Shown piece by piece: positions 27,564-40,703 of a DNA stretch of 64,000 nt (position 1 is its first letter; every line of letters starts with the position of its first letter). A program made the translations under genes and the position numbers. The notes beneath the pieces are model-generated. The model was given only the letters and a program-made list of their open reading frames with translations. It had not been told where the DNA came from and ran no database searches. The stretch lies in NCBI GenBank assembly GCA_964016885.1, contig OZ024743.1:263748001-263812000 (forward strand), in the 5' to 3' direction. Source of the DNA: Eledone cirrhosa (lineage: Eukaryota).

Positions 27564-27700
27564 AAAAGTTCTATTTAAAGTTGTTGGGATACAACAAGTA
27601 AATATTTTTATAACTGATATAAAGCACTCGACAAGTTTTTGGTGTAGATATACGATCTTAATAAATGGAAACTATATTTATAAAACCATATTTATTTCAT
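27050..27700. mobile_element. Double fold-back insert carrying an HHR-like motif
   Basis: 27050-27212 mirrors 27218-27400. 27352-27487 mirrors 27564-27700 across a (TA)n run. CTGATGA-aggcataccata-loop-tatggtatccct-GAAA at 27302-27342. Confidence 0.75.
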
Positions 27701-27738
27701 ATATATATATATATATATATATCACGATATTTGAATCG

Positions 27739-27983
27739 TGGAGGGCTGCGTGGTTGTACATGGGTTACATATGAATAAAATTAGTCCTTCATCAGTGATC
27801 TTCCAACCTTTATTGGTATTTCATCGCTTTAAACCAGAGGTTTGGTGCGAGCAATAACGAAATAAAGTTATTGGGACAAGTAAAATAGCGTGAAGCGAGC
27901 GAGACATGTAAACAAACAAAGATGGTATTGCAACAGAAAGATAGGAAGATGCAAGTACATAATATCTATAAGCTTAAGCTTGG
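27739..27983 (-). repeat. Dispersed repeat family, also at 29346-30172 and 63918-64000
   Basis: Shared attagtccttcatcagtgatcttccaacctttattggtatttcatcgctttaaa. Confidence 0.85.
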
Positions 27984-28120
27984 GCTGCCCTTTCTAGCAG
28001 TTTGTCTCTCAGAGGCCACTGGTTCACTGCCCCTAAACACGCTGTGACTTCTCTCTCCCACGTGTAGCTGGACAGTCAATTGTAACATTCTCTTAGTGTT
28101 GTCTGAAATGTATGGCCTTA

Positions 28121-28186
28121 CACACGCTGATGAACCGAGACTAGACCATTTCTTTCAACAAACTTTTTGGTGAAACATATCTTTGG
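28121..28186 (+). ncRNA. Degenerate hammerhead motif
   Basis: CTGATGA accgaga...ttttggt GAAA cata TC. Stems I and III are decayed. Confidence 0.45.
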
Positions 28187-28202
28187 ATTTGTACGTGTGT
28201 TA

Positions 28203-29152
28203 TCTATATATATAAAACTGTGGTTGTCTGTCTGTCTATCAATTTTTGGCACACATCTCCTCTTAGAATCTCTCACGGAATTGCACCGAAATTGCTATAC
28301 TTGTACATTGAGCCCTAGCGAAGACATCGGAAAAAAAATATTTCAAATTGACCCACCCTATGTGACGAAATCGAATATAATGTATCGATTTTTGAGCGTA
28401 AGTGATCAGTTATTTCCCTTTGTTCTGTTTACATTGAGCGTCTTACGTAAAAAATTACGCTGGCTTTCTCAGCGTTTAAAATGACATTAACACAATACAC
28501 GAACAGTTGTCGAGCCAGCAAAATATTGACCTGCAAAATTCATCAGTTCGAACACTAAGCTTCCGTTTTGCTTCATTTACATTTAAAAGCATTTTAAAAC
28601 AATATTTTTACTTGAAAACAAGTCTATTTAAAGACTACGTAAAACAAGCAAATATATCGTAAAAAAAAAGCAAAAATTATATAAGTTTATTTAAAATATA
28701 TGTATCTGTAAATTTCGTTAGGCGTGCAGACAGACAGTCGTGCAGAGAGGTGATATAGGCGTGCAGACAGATAGTCGTGCAGAGAGGTGATATAGGCGTG
28801 CAGACAGACAGTCGTGCAGAGAGGTGATATAGGCGTGCAGACAGATATAACTGATAATTTGGTTACGCTAATGTTTTTCTCTGCGTTGCAGTGTTTACAT
28901 TTTCGATCTTTGTTAATAAATAACCAGTGCAGTTTTTATCCCCAGCATCCTCTTTTGTTATAACATTCGGGTTATCGTTATGTTTTCTTCACTTCATAAG
29001 GCATATTGTTGGTTGAGGGAATATTAATCAAAAACACCACATGCAAGTCTACACAGTAGACACTACAGTTTTTAAGCCAAAAAAGAAACTTAACATTGTA
29101 ACTTTAACACAGCTACTGAGCGACCCCGAGCAACGCCGGGCTTTACTGCTAG
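28203..29152 (+). mobile_element. Non-autonomous Helitron (950 bp)
   Basis: A|TCTATATATATAAAA start and cccgagcaacgccggg hairpin + CTAG|T end. Internal 38-bp minisatellite at 28718-28847. Confidence 0.88.
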
Positions 29153-29312
29153 TATAGTTATAAAGGTATTTATTTACGCTTTAATTTATATTTTTAATTA
29201 TCGTGTCTATAGTCTGCCTTTCATAGGTTATAGATTCCATACACTGGTGTTTTTTTCCCTGTATTATTAATAACGCACTATATATCTCTCTCTGGTGTGT
29301 TACCTTCTCAAC

Positions 29313-29345
<33 letters not shown>

Positions 29346-29348
<3 letters not shown>

Positions 29349-30171
29349 AAAAATGGAGGGCTGCGTGGTTGTACATGGGTTACATATGAATAAAATTAGT
29401 CCTTCATCAGTGATCTTCCAACCTTTATTGGTATTTCATCGCTTTAAAATCATATACCTCTGGTTGGTGCGAGCAATAACGAAATAAAGTTATTGGGACA
29501 AGTAAAATAGCGTGAAGCGAGCGAGACACGTAAACAAACAAAGATGGTATTGCAACAGAAAGATAGGAAGAGGCAAGTACATAATATCTATAAGCTTAAG
29601 CTTGGTGAATTCATGGACGAGAGATACAGACCATCCGACATGGGTGAGATGTGAGTGAGAAAAGGATTTCACACAGGTCAAACGGGGGGAAGTGAGAGAG
29701 GGGGAGAAGGAGAGAGTGAGTAAGTGGAAGTGTGAGGAAGAGGTCAGAAGAGAGAGAGAGTGTGACTGGCAGAGGGGGTAAAAAGAAGGTGAGAGATACA
29801 GAGAGAGGGGAAACAGTAAGAAAGAAACAGACAATCGCAGCTGAGGAAAAAATATAAATATAAGAAAAAGGGAGTGCAGCGTGGTTGCACATGGGTTACA
29901 TATGAATAAAAGTAGTCCTTCATCAGTGATCTTCCAACCTTCATTGGTATTTCATCGCTTTAAAAATCATATACCTCTGGTTGGTGCGAGCAATAACTAA
30001 ATAAAGTTATTTGCAATACCATCTTTGTTTGTTTATATGTCTCGCTCGCTTCACGCTATTTTACTTGTCCCAATAACTTTATTTAGTGATTCATCGCACC
30101 AACCAGAGGCATATGATTTTTAAAGCGAAGAAATATCAATAAAGGTTGGAAGATCACTGATGAAGGACTAG

Positions 30172-30172
<1 letters not shown>
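29346..30172. mobile_element. About 520-bp unit plus partial tandem copy plus inverted arm, between (TA)n runs
   Basis: 29346-29493 repeats at about 29862-30011. 30012-30172 is an inverted copy. Confidence 0.8.
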
Positions 30173-30215
<43 letters not shown>

Positions 30216-30218
<3 letters not shown>

Positions 30219-30309
30219 AACAGGTGCGTGTGTTTTTATTGGCAGCATGACCCTCCCAAAGTATAACAATATCTCTTTCAACACATGTTTTCAGATAAGA
30301 AATCTTGCA

Positions 30310-30365
<56 letters not shown>

Positions 30366-31680
30366 AGATTTCTTATCTGAAAACATGTGTTGAAAGAGAT
30401 ATTGTTATACTTTGGGAGGGTCATGCTGCCAATAAAAACACACGCACCTGTTGGTTTTCGCTTCAATTTATTATAACTTTCCGGTTGGTTGGCTGGTTCC
30501 ATAACCGGTGGTTGTTTCTAGATTGTCAAAACTCTTTTGTCACACATTCTATGACCTCCTCTGTGACTGGGTTTTTATTTTGTGTCTATTCTAAGTTCTG
30601 TCCTACACCATCTTGTTTCTTGTGTGGTGTGTGCTTGGTTTGCGCATGCGTTACGCCTGGGTATGTGTGTGTGTTTTTATTTATATATTTATGTTTGTTT
30701 ATTTGTCACTATTTGGTTGTTTGTTCTATTTGTGTGTGTCTGATTTGTTTTATTAGTTTGGTTTTTGTGTGTTTTTACACCTTCATTTTGTCTTTAATTT
30801 CTAGTTGAGCTGTTGTTATTCCGCTCATGTTTTCAGTTTAATTTTGGTTGGAGTTCGTTTATATTTGCTGCCTCTTTAATTTGTCTGAGCATTGCATCTT
30901 TTCTGCGTGTGGATATAATGTGCCCCTATGTTCTATTTTGGCATGTTGGTGGAATACTGATGAGTTTTCCCCATCATAGATTTCTTACCAGCGTTCACTT
31001 ATCCTTTCTCCTATGCTACGAGCTATTTCACCTATGTTTGTTGTGTTCTCATTCCTACACTGTCCCTCTGTACATCTTATACTATATACTACGTTTCTAG
31101 TTTTGTAGTTTGCTTGCGGGCTTAGCTTGCAGACTATGCATTTCCTATCACTGCAGGGGGTTATTTGAAATGGATATGTTTTATCAATTAGGGTTTTTAT
31201 GGGAATACCTCGTCTTTCAACTCTCGTAATGTTTAATTTGAGCTTGTATATGGCCCTTCTAAATCTGTAAGCTAGTTCGCCTCTAGGGGTTGCATTGACG
31301 AACATTATTTTCTGGCATTTATTGCTATCATACCATGAGTTGATTTTATTTGCCTTTTTCCTAATCCTTTCTATTCTTTTCCAAAATTTGCTCCTATACA
31401 TAGTGCGAGTCCCATTTGCATAATTTTCTCCAATCTCTGCCGATTTGGTTCTGGCTCCTTCATATACCCCGATCGTGTCTCTCTGATTGTAGCCAGAGAA
31501 ATGCATGCGGTGGATGAAGTGTTGTATGTGTCTCTTTTATTCTATAGGATTGCACATGCGGGACACGTTGCTCATCACTCTTACTATATCTGCAATCAGC
31601 ATATTGATTTTCATGTGATCCGAAACAGCTGAGTGCCGGTGGATCAGGTACTTGGAGGGCATGAGATTGGCATAATGCGA
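30216..31680 (-). mobile_element. Penelope-like element 3' part (degenerate GIY-YIG) with UTR and inverted terminal copy (30216-30309)
   Basis: ORF 30985-31506: FVNATPRGELA...CSDRKCIVC...NVVYSIRC...NIGEIARSIGERISE. 30216-30309 mirrors 30362-30453. Confidence 0.8.
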
Positions 31681-31782
31681 ATATATATATATATATATAA
31701 TTGGTGTTGGGTGCATAAAGCGTCCGTATGCGGTAGGCCGCATGAACACTTAATGCCCTCGTAGAACAGAGTACGATATAAT

Positions 31783-32089
31783 AGAAAAAAGAGAATCAGT
31801 GTTGCGAGAAAGGAATTTATTGGACATATTACAATTGTTTCTCGGGCGACCAGCTCGAAGCACGATCGATATGGTGATCAAAACTGACACTGAAATCGCG
31901 CGGTCGTCGGATACGTCTCTATTCTACAAAGGAAAAGCTGCTTCGTAGAATCGAGACGTATCTGATGACCGCGCGATTTCAGAGTCAGGTTTGATCACCA
32001 TATCGATCGTGCCTCGAGCTGGTCATCCGAGAAACAATTGTAATATGTCCAATAAATTCCTTTCTCGCAACACTGATTCTCTTTTTTCT
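31783..32089. mobile_element. Palindromic insert (about 145-bp arms) containing an HHR
   Basis: agaaaaaagagaatcagtgttgcgag... mirrors ...ctcgcaacactgattctcttttttct. Confidence 0.85.
31955..32049 (+). ncRNA. Type I hammerhead ribozyme with 62-nt stem II domain
   Basis: gacgtat CTGATGA ... GAAA caattg TA atatgtc: 7-bp stem I and palindrome ACAATTGT. Confidence 0.75.
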
Positions 32090-32131
<42 letters not shown>

Positions 32132-32220
32132 AATAACAGGAGGCTGGACTGGTGTAACTCCTTAAAGGTTTATTATACTGTGGTGAACCAACAAACCTAA
32201 ATGTATATATATATATATAT

Positions 32221-32798
32221 ATTGGTAAACGGAATAGAAAATGCTGACAAATTGTTCACAGTTGAAAAATGGTTTAATTAGGAATAAAAGAGTATTAGTG
32301 ATTGTATGGGTTAGTATTCAGTTGTGGTTTTAAGTTTTTAAGTTTTTACCGGTTGCGCATTTCTAAATGCTTTTCAAAAATAATTTTGAGATAGAGTGTC
32401 CGTGCTGTTTGCTCTGATCTGATTAGTTTTGGGAATTCTACCTGTTTTTATGTCAAAAAAATGGCTCCAGCGTTATTTTTGTGTTGTAAAAATGCTTGTG
32501 GTCAAAACAATTTTGATTGGTCGGTAGAGGTCATGTGAATGTAAAAAGTTGATTTTGCGCCAAGACTGTTTTTATGTTAAAATGTTAGAAAAGTGGCTCC
32601 AGCAAAAATTATGGTCAAAACAATTTTGATTGGTCGGTAGAGGTCATGTGGATAAAAAATTGGTTTTGGGCCAAGATTGAGAAATGACTCTTTCACAACA
32701 AATGTGTGTGTGTGTGTGTGTGTGTGTAGTAGTAGTAGTAAGGTGTTCGATGCTGCGACAATAGCCACCAGCGATGTGTGTCAAATGGCTATTAAGAT

Positions 32799-32838
<40 letters not shown>

Positions 32839-32904
32839 ACATACACACAGCAGAGTCATTCGAAGGTCAAAAGATATTTTTCAGCTTTTGTCTTATACGG
32901 AGAA

Positions 32905-32945
<41 letters not shown>

Positions 32946-35031
32946 AGTCTCTTTGTATGTTGATGTACGCGTGTGTATGTGTCTGTGTATATATGTGTGT
33001 GTGTGTGTGTGTGCGTGTGTGGGTGGACCAGTATTTTTTTCCCCCCTGGTAAAATGGTGTACATTATTCGATTTTTTCAGTAAAATCGGTTCTCTTAATA
33101 GAACATCAACAATCTTAACAATAAAAGGTGTGAAATGATATTCACTATATATATATATATACACACACACACACATATATATATATATTTTCACTACATA
33201 TATATATATATATATATATACATATATACATACATATATATGCACATATATTTTTTTGTATTGCCCCATAGAGCATGTGTGTTTACGTGTGTCATTGTGT
33301 TTATATGTGGGTAGAGATGTGTGCTGATGTAGGTATGTATGTTGACGTGTGTATGTTGTGGGTTCGTCTTAGGGAGAAGTGTTTAGACGGGGTCCGTATT
33401 TGTTAATGAAGTAAGATTCCTTGCTGATGCGCTGGGTGTGGGTGGCATTATCTTTAAATTTGTAGAGGGCAAAGATTCTGAAGTTGGGATGATTTTGGGC
33501 GGCGCAGGTATCAATGTGTTCACTCAGTGGTATTTTCCTGTATTCCCGTATTTTAATTTGGGATCTATGGACAGTCATGCGTTGGCGGAGGCTGTTTTTG
33601 GTCTGGCCTATGTATTGTTCTCGACAACCTGAACAAGTTAATACATATATTAAATTTTCCGATGCACATGTGAAATTGTGTTTTACTATAAAACGTTGTC
33701 CATTTTTGAAATAGAATTCCGAACCCTCTATTAGGTTGATGCAAATGCCACAGTTGGGTCTATCGCATTTTTTTACTGTGGGTTTCGTTGTTGTGGTTGG
33801 CAGTACTTTGGCATGTGTTAAGATGTTTTTCATTGACTTGGATTGTCTTTTGCTCTTTATGATATCGTGTGTTCGTAGAATTTGGTTCATTCTATGGTCC
33901 TTTTTCAATACAGGGATGTTCTGGAGGATGGTGTCAAAGGCCTCGTTGTTGAGGGGGTTGTGTGTGGAGATGTATGGAAGAGCTTTTAGTTTTGGTTGAT
34001 TTACTTTAGGGTGTCTAAGGTCCTGGGTACTGAGTTTTAGGGCACGTTGGATTCCATTGTCAATTAGTGATGCAGGGTAGTCCCTGCCTATGAGTGTGTC
34101 CTTTAGTTCTTGTAGCCGTAAGTAGCAGATGTTTTTATTGGAGACTATAGTACAGATTCTCTTGGCTAAGTTGTAGGGAATATTAATTTTAACGTGTCTA
34201 GGGTGGCAAGAGTTGAAGGTGAGGTATTGCTTGGAGTCTGTGGGCTTGTAGTGTATGTCTGTTTCTATTTATTTGTTATGGATCTTAATGAGGATGTCGA
34301 GGAAGGGGAGTTGTTGATGGCTGTATTCCATCGTGAAGTTAATATTTGTGTTGAGCCCATTTATAAGGGTGTGAAATTCTTTAAGTTTTTCGATGTTTTC
34401 GTGCCAAAGGATGAAGCAGTCATCAAGATATCGCTTCCAGTTACTTTCAATGTGTAAGTCGAGGGTGTTTCCAAATTTGTTTAGGACTTTAGTGTAGAGG
34501 GTGATTTCCAGGTATCCCATGACTAGGTTGGCATACGTAGGGGCTGTTTTCGTTCCCATAGCGGTCCCAGATTTCTGCCTGTAGGCTTTGTTATTGAAAA
34601 CGAAGTAATTGTTCTCCAAGACAACATACACACGTCAACATACATACCTACATCAGCACACATCTCTACCCACATATAAACACAATGACACACGTAAACA
34701 CACATGCTCTATGGTGCAATACAAAAAAATATATGTGCATATATATGTATGTATATATGTATATATATATATATATATATGTAGTGAAAATATATATATA
34801 TATGTGTGTGTGTGTGTGTATATATATATATAGTGAATATCATTTCACACCTTTTATTGTTAAGATTGTTGATGTTCTATTAAGAGAACCGATTTTACTG
34901 AAAAAATCGAATAATGTACACCATTTTACCAGGGGGGAAAAAAATACTGGTCCACCCACACACGCACACACACACACACACACATATATACACAGACACA
35001 TACACACGCGTACATCAACATACAAAGAGAC

Positions 35032-35091
<60 letters not shown>

Positions 35092-35157
35092 TTCTCCGTA
35101 TAAGACAAAAGCTGAAAAATATCTTTTGACCTTCGAATGACTCTGCTGTGTGTATGT

Positions 35158-35193
<36 letters not shown>

Positions 35194-35262
35194 ATCTTAA
35201 TAGCCATTTGACACACATTGCTGGTGGCTATTGTCGCAGCATCGAACACCTTACTACTACTA

Positions 35263-35326
<64 letters not shown>

Positions 35327-35850
35327 TTGTTGTGAAAGAGTCATTTCTCAATCTTGGCGCAAAACCAATTTTTTATCCACATGACCTCTACCGACCAATC
35401 AAAATTGTTTTGACCATAATTTTTGCTGGAGCCACTTTTCTAACATTTTAACATAAAAACAGTCTTGGCGCAAAATCAACTTTTTACATTCACATGACCT
35501 CTACCGACCAATCAAAATTGTTTTGACCACAAGCATTTTTACAACACAAAAATAACGCTGGAGCCATTTTTTTAACATAAAAACAGGTAGAATTCCCAAA
35601 ACTAATCAGATCAGAGCAAACAGCACGGACACTCTATCTCAAAATTATTTTTGAAAAGCATTTAGAAATGCGCAACCGGTAAAAACTTAAAAACTTAAAA
35701 CCACAACTGAATACTAACCCATACAATCACTAATACTCTTTTATTCATAATTAAACCATTTTTCAACTGTGAACAATTTGTCAGCATTTTCTATTCCGTT
35801 TACCAATATATAATAACTTGTGTGTTACACCTCTATTCTTTTAACTATAT
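32221..35850 (-). mobile_element. 5'-truncated Penelope-like element flanked by about 1.15-kb inverted copies of its 3' UTR
   Basis: RT (GTAMGTKTAPTYANL, RYLDD, LPFLD) at 34269-34620 and GIY-YIG ORF 33369-33908. Arms are 32221-33359 and 34621-35807. Confidence 0.92.
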
Positions 35851-35874
35851 ATATATATATATATATATATGGTG

Positions 35875-35943
<69 letters not shown>

Positions 35944-35945
35944 TG

Positions 35946-36053
<108 letters not shown>

Positions 36054-36118
36054 TACATATATATATATACTAGTTTGAAACAGAACTCCGGTCCCTCTAA
36101 TATATATATATATGTATA

Positions 36119-37265
<1,147 letters not shown>

Positions 37266-39361
37266 TTCTATGAGAAAATCTTATTAGCATTTTCTAATGT
37301 TTTTCTTATTTTCCTCACACAAAACAAATCGTTATTAAATTTTGATCGGCCCCAGAGATGAATTACAAAAAATATAGACAGTCTCTGACTATTGGGGTTG
37401 ACTGGTAAAACTCAAACTCAACTCTCTCCAACGCTGCCCTGAGCGTCACATCATCCGTATGATGGGGAAAATACGTAGAGCCTGATGAAGTGGTAAATTC
37501 TTCGAATATTTACATATTAACCTCAATGTATTTCCTCTTCCTTTTCGACTACTTTTTCCTCAATCTCTTTCATTTTGTTGTCATGCCAGTGCTTACGGCT
37601 GTTCGTTGAAACGCAGATAATAGATCCTTTTAAAAGAAAAAAAGGAAATCTGGCTTCATGATGAAATTAATAGTTTATAGTTAGATTGTCTGCATTTGGT
37701 AAATGAAAAAATTGTCTTATTTTTAGTGAACATATTTTAATTAAATTAACTAAGTATCAATAGCAGGTGAGTTAATTTGTAAAACATTTATATACATAAA
37801 CATTGGTCTAGCGGACATCCTTGTTTTAAGTTTGTAAATATAAAAAGGTTTAAATGTGGAAGAAATTTAGAGTTTTTAAAAGAATATCTAAAAGATTTGA
37901 ATTATAATTAAAATTCATACTTAAAATATCAAATAATTTTATTAGAAGACATATTTCACATTCTTTTATATCTTCAACAAATGACGACATTTTAAACAGG
38001 TGTTGAAGTTTCCTGGGAGAATTTATCTTGTTTTGCGAATATACTTTACATATAATTCTGGCCAGGATTTATCGATATTTTTCGATAGTCTTTCTTTGGG
38101 TCAGGTTGTTAGACGGTTATTGTTACTGGAAAGGCTTCGTCCCAGTGATCTCGCAATAAATTGTGTATGTGCATGAGGGAATGAGCGTTTGATTGGGTAG
38201 ATGCATGTGCAAGTGTGTCTCACCTATTTAATATTCGATCAAGTCATGTTGGCAGAATGCTTTCGTGAAATAATTTTATTAAATTTAAACGCTTTCTTCC
38301 TCCTGTTATCTTCCCCCCTCTTTCCCATGCACCCAGACATACATTCACACAAACACAAGCACATATGTACAGGTTCACAGTGATCTAAACACATATGAAA
38401 TACACTACACACATTCATACACGAAATTATGCACACAGGTATAAACACATCCATACATATGAGCATTCACACACATACACACATACACACACACACATAA
38501 ATGTATATATATAGCCAACTACATTCACAAGAAAATTCTGCATTGATGAAGGTGATTGCTGGCGTTCTTTTACTACAAATCAGAACTCTTATTCAAAGTC
38601 AAATTCCAAAAGTGCCACCGGCTTCAAGCTTTCCTTTGTAGTTATCTATTTTTACAAATCATTATCTAAAATTTTACAGAAAAGAACATGGAAATACTAA
38701 CAGTAAAAATAAACACTTCTGACATTTATTAAGCTTCTTTTCAAGATTACTATCATGTCTTATTATTTCTTGTTGTTATTGTATCTTATCCGAGTTATGG
38801 AAATCCAAACCACTACCAACAACAAAACATGTTATCCATGTGACTGAAGGTGATAAATTTAAATATTTTTGATAGCAAAATTAATATGATTAGTAGCCAT
38901 AATTTGCCAGCTTCAGCATTCAGTTATTAGTAGAAAGGAGGTATTGTAAAAGTATAATTCTCTACCTTCCATTAGGTATTCGTGTACCCCCATAGCTATT
39001 GATATGAATCGTAGGAAATGGCCGACAGAATACGAAATGGGGTTCCTTCGAAGTGACTTGGGAGGAACGTTACTCGATATGGTGCATAGCCTGGAGATCA
39101 GGGTGTCACTTTAGGTAGAGTTCTTACTTCTGCGCATCAAGAGATGGATATATAATTAGTATGTATAAGATAAGAATCACTGGGTATATTTGACGGGCAA
39201 AGTCAACAGGCAGAAAATGCAGGAGCAGGTTTGTATAACATCGATAACCTTGGCTGATCTCTATTGGGGGTCCAGCCGGTTCATTTGGAGATGGTTGCTT
39301 CCGACAGGATTCTCTGGATGGCTTGTCTGAGGTCTCTGCCCCCAAAACCCTCGCAGAATGA

Positions 39362-39590
39362 TTAATAATAATTATTATCATTTCTACTTTACGCACAAGG
39401 CCAGCAATTTTTGTTGGGGGGGGGGGGGATAAAATCAACCCCAGTGTATTACTGGTGCTTTATTTTATCGATCCTGAACAGATGAAAGGCAAAACTAACC
39501 TCGGCGGGATTTGAACTCAGAACGTAAAGGCCGTAACACTATGCAGTGAAGTATGGTGGTCGACGCTCTACCGATGCTGCCAATCCACCA
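39362..39590 (-). mobile_element. tRNA-derived SINE
   Basis: Reverse complement of the 23679 family (ggatttgaactc B box, ccgatgctgcca A box). Confidence 0.85.
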
Positions 39591-40051
39591 AGAAGAAGAA
39601 GACCCCCAGCATATAACACAATTAGAATATGACTGAGATTGAGAAGACTGTTGTTTCGGCAAGTTCCTTTGGTGTACGTACAGATATTTCGGCAATTTGC
39701 TTTGATGTAAACATGTGAAAGTATAACCATAATTTTTATATGCGTATATTCCTGATTCATTCTTCAAATTCCTGATAAACATATAATCAGATATAGAGCT
39801 CTTCCAGTAAATAAATACCATGTAGGCATTTAGTTCTGGGGTTGAAATGCGTCGTGTTGTCTTCCGTCACAAACTCACAACCATGTGCACACATACACAC
39901 AGTCACAAACACACAGAGACACATACAGACACATATATACATGTATATATATATATGTATGCACACACACACAAACAAACGCCCACATATATATTTGATG
40001 TTCATTGTGTCTGGTCTATTCCAGCGCGATATTATTTGCTAAACTTGGATT

Positions 40052-40241
40052 GCGGTGGATTGGCAGTATCAGTAAAGGGTCGGACGCCATGCTTTGACGC
40101 ATAGAGTTACAGCCCTTTCCATTCTGAGTTCAAATCCCGCCGAGGTTAACTTTGCCTTCCATCTTTACAGGATCGATAAAATAAAGTACCAGTCATGCAC
40201 TGGGTATTTGCTGGCCTTGTGCCAAAGTAAAAACAATTATT
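40052..40241 (+). mobile_element. tRNA-derived SINE
   Basis: Near-colinear with 23679-23872. Confidence 0.87.
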
Positions 40242-40453
40242 TGCTTAACTTAACAAGACATCCGAGGCAGTTTTCAACTGAACTTCCAATGAATATTTTG
40301 TAGTACCAAAAATACATAAATATTGATGAAAATAAAGTTTTATTTACTAATTATCTTGTTTGTTTTAACTATGGTAATTTCTACTTTTTTTTGTAAGCTG
40401 TAGAGGTATAATTAGTAATGTAAATAACAATTTAAGAGTATAATTATCGTACA

Positions 40454-40503
40454 CCTTATTACTCTGGAGTTTCGACTGTATAACACAGGGTCATCAGACA
40501 AGA
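40454..40503 (-). ncRNA. Type I hammerhead motif (more decayed relative at about 53076-53130)
   Basis: tcttgt CTGATGA cc-ctgtg-tta-tacag-tc GAAA ctccagag TA ataagg. Confidence 0.65.
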
Positions 40504-40703
40504 ATATATATATGTATATATAATATAACATAATATATATGTGTGTATACATTTATCTAGGAGTAGATCGATACAGATCCAACCTTGAACTGATCAATAG
40601 TGAAGCGCGCCTCACTACCCAATAAACGTAATGAAGACATAACAAATCGTCTCTGTAACACACACACACACACACACGCACACACACATATATATATATA
40701 TAT

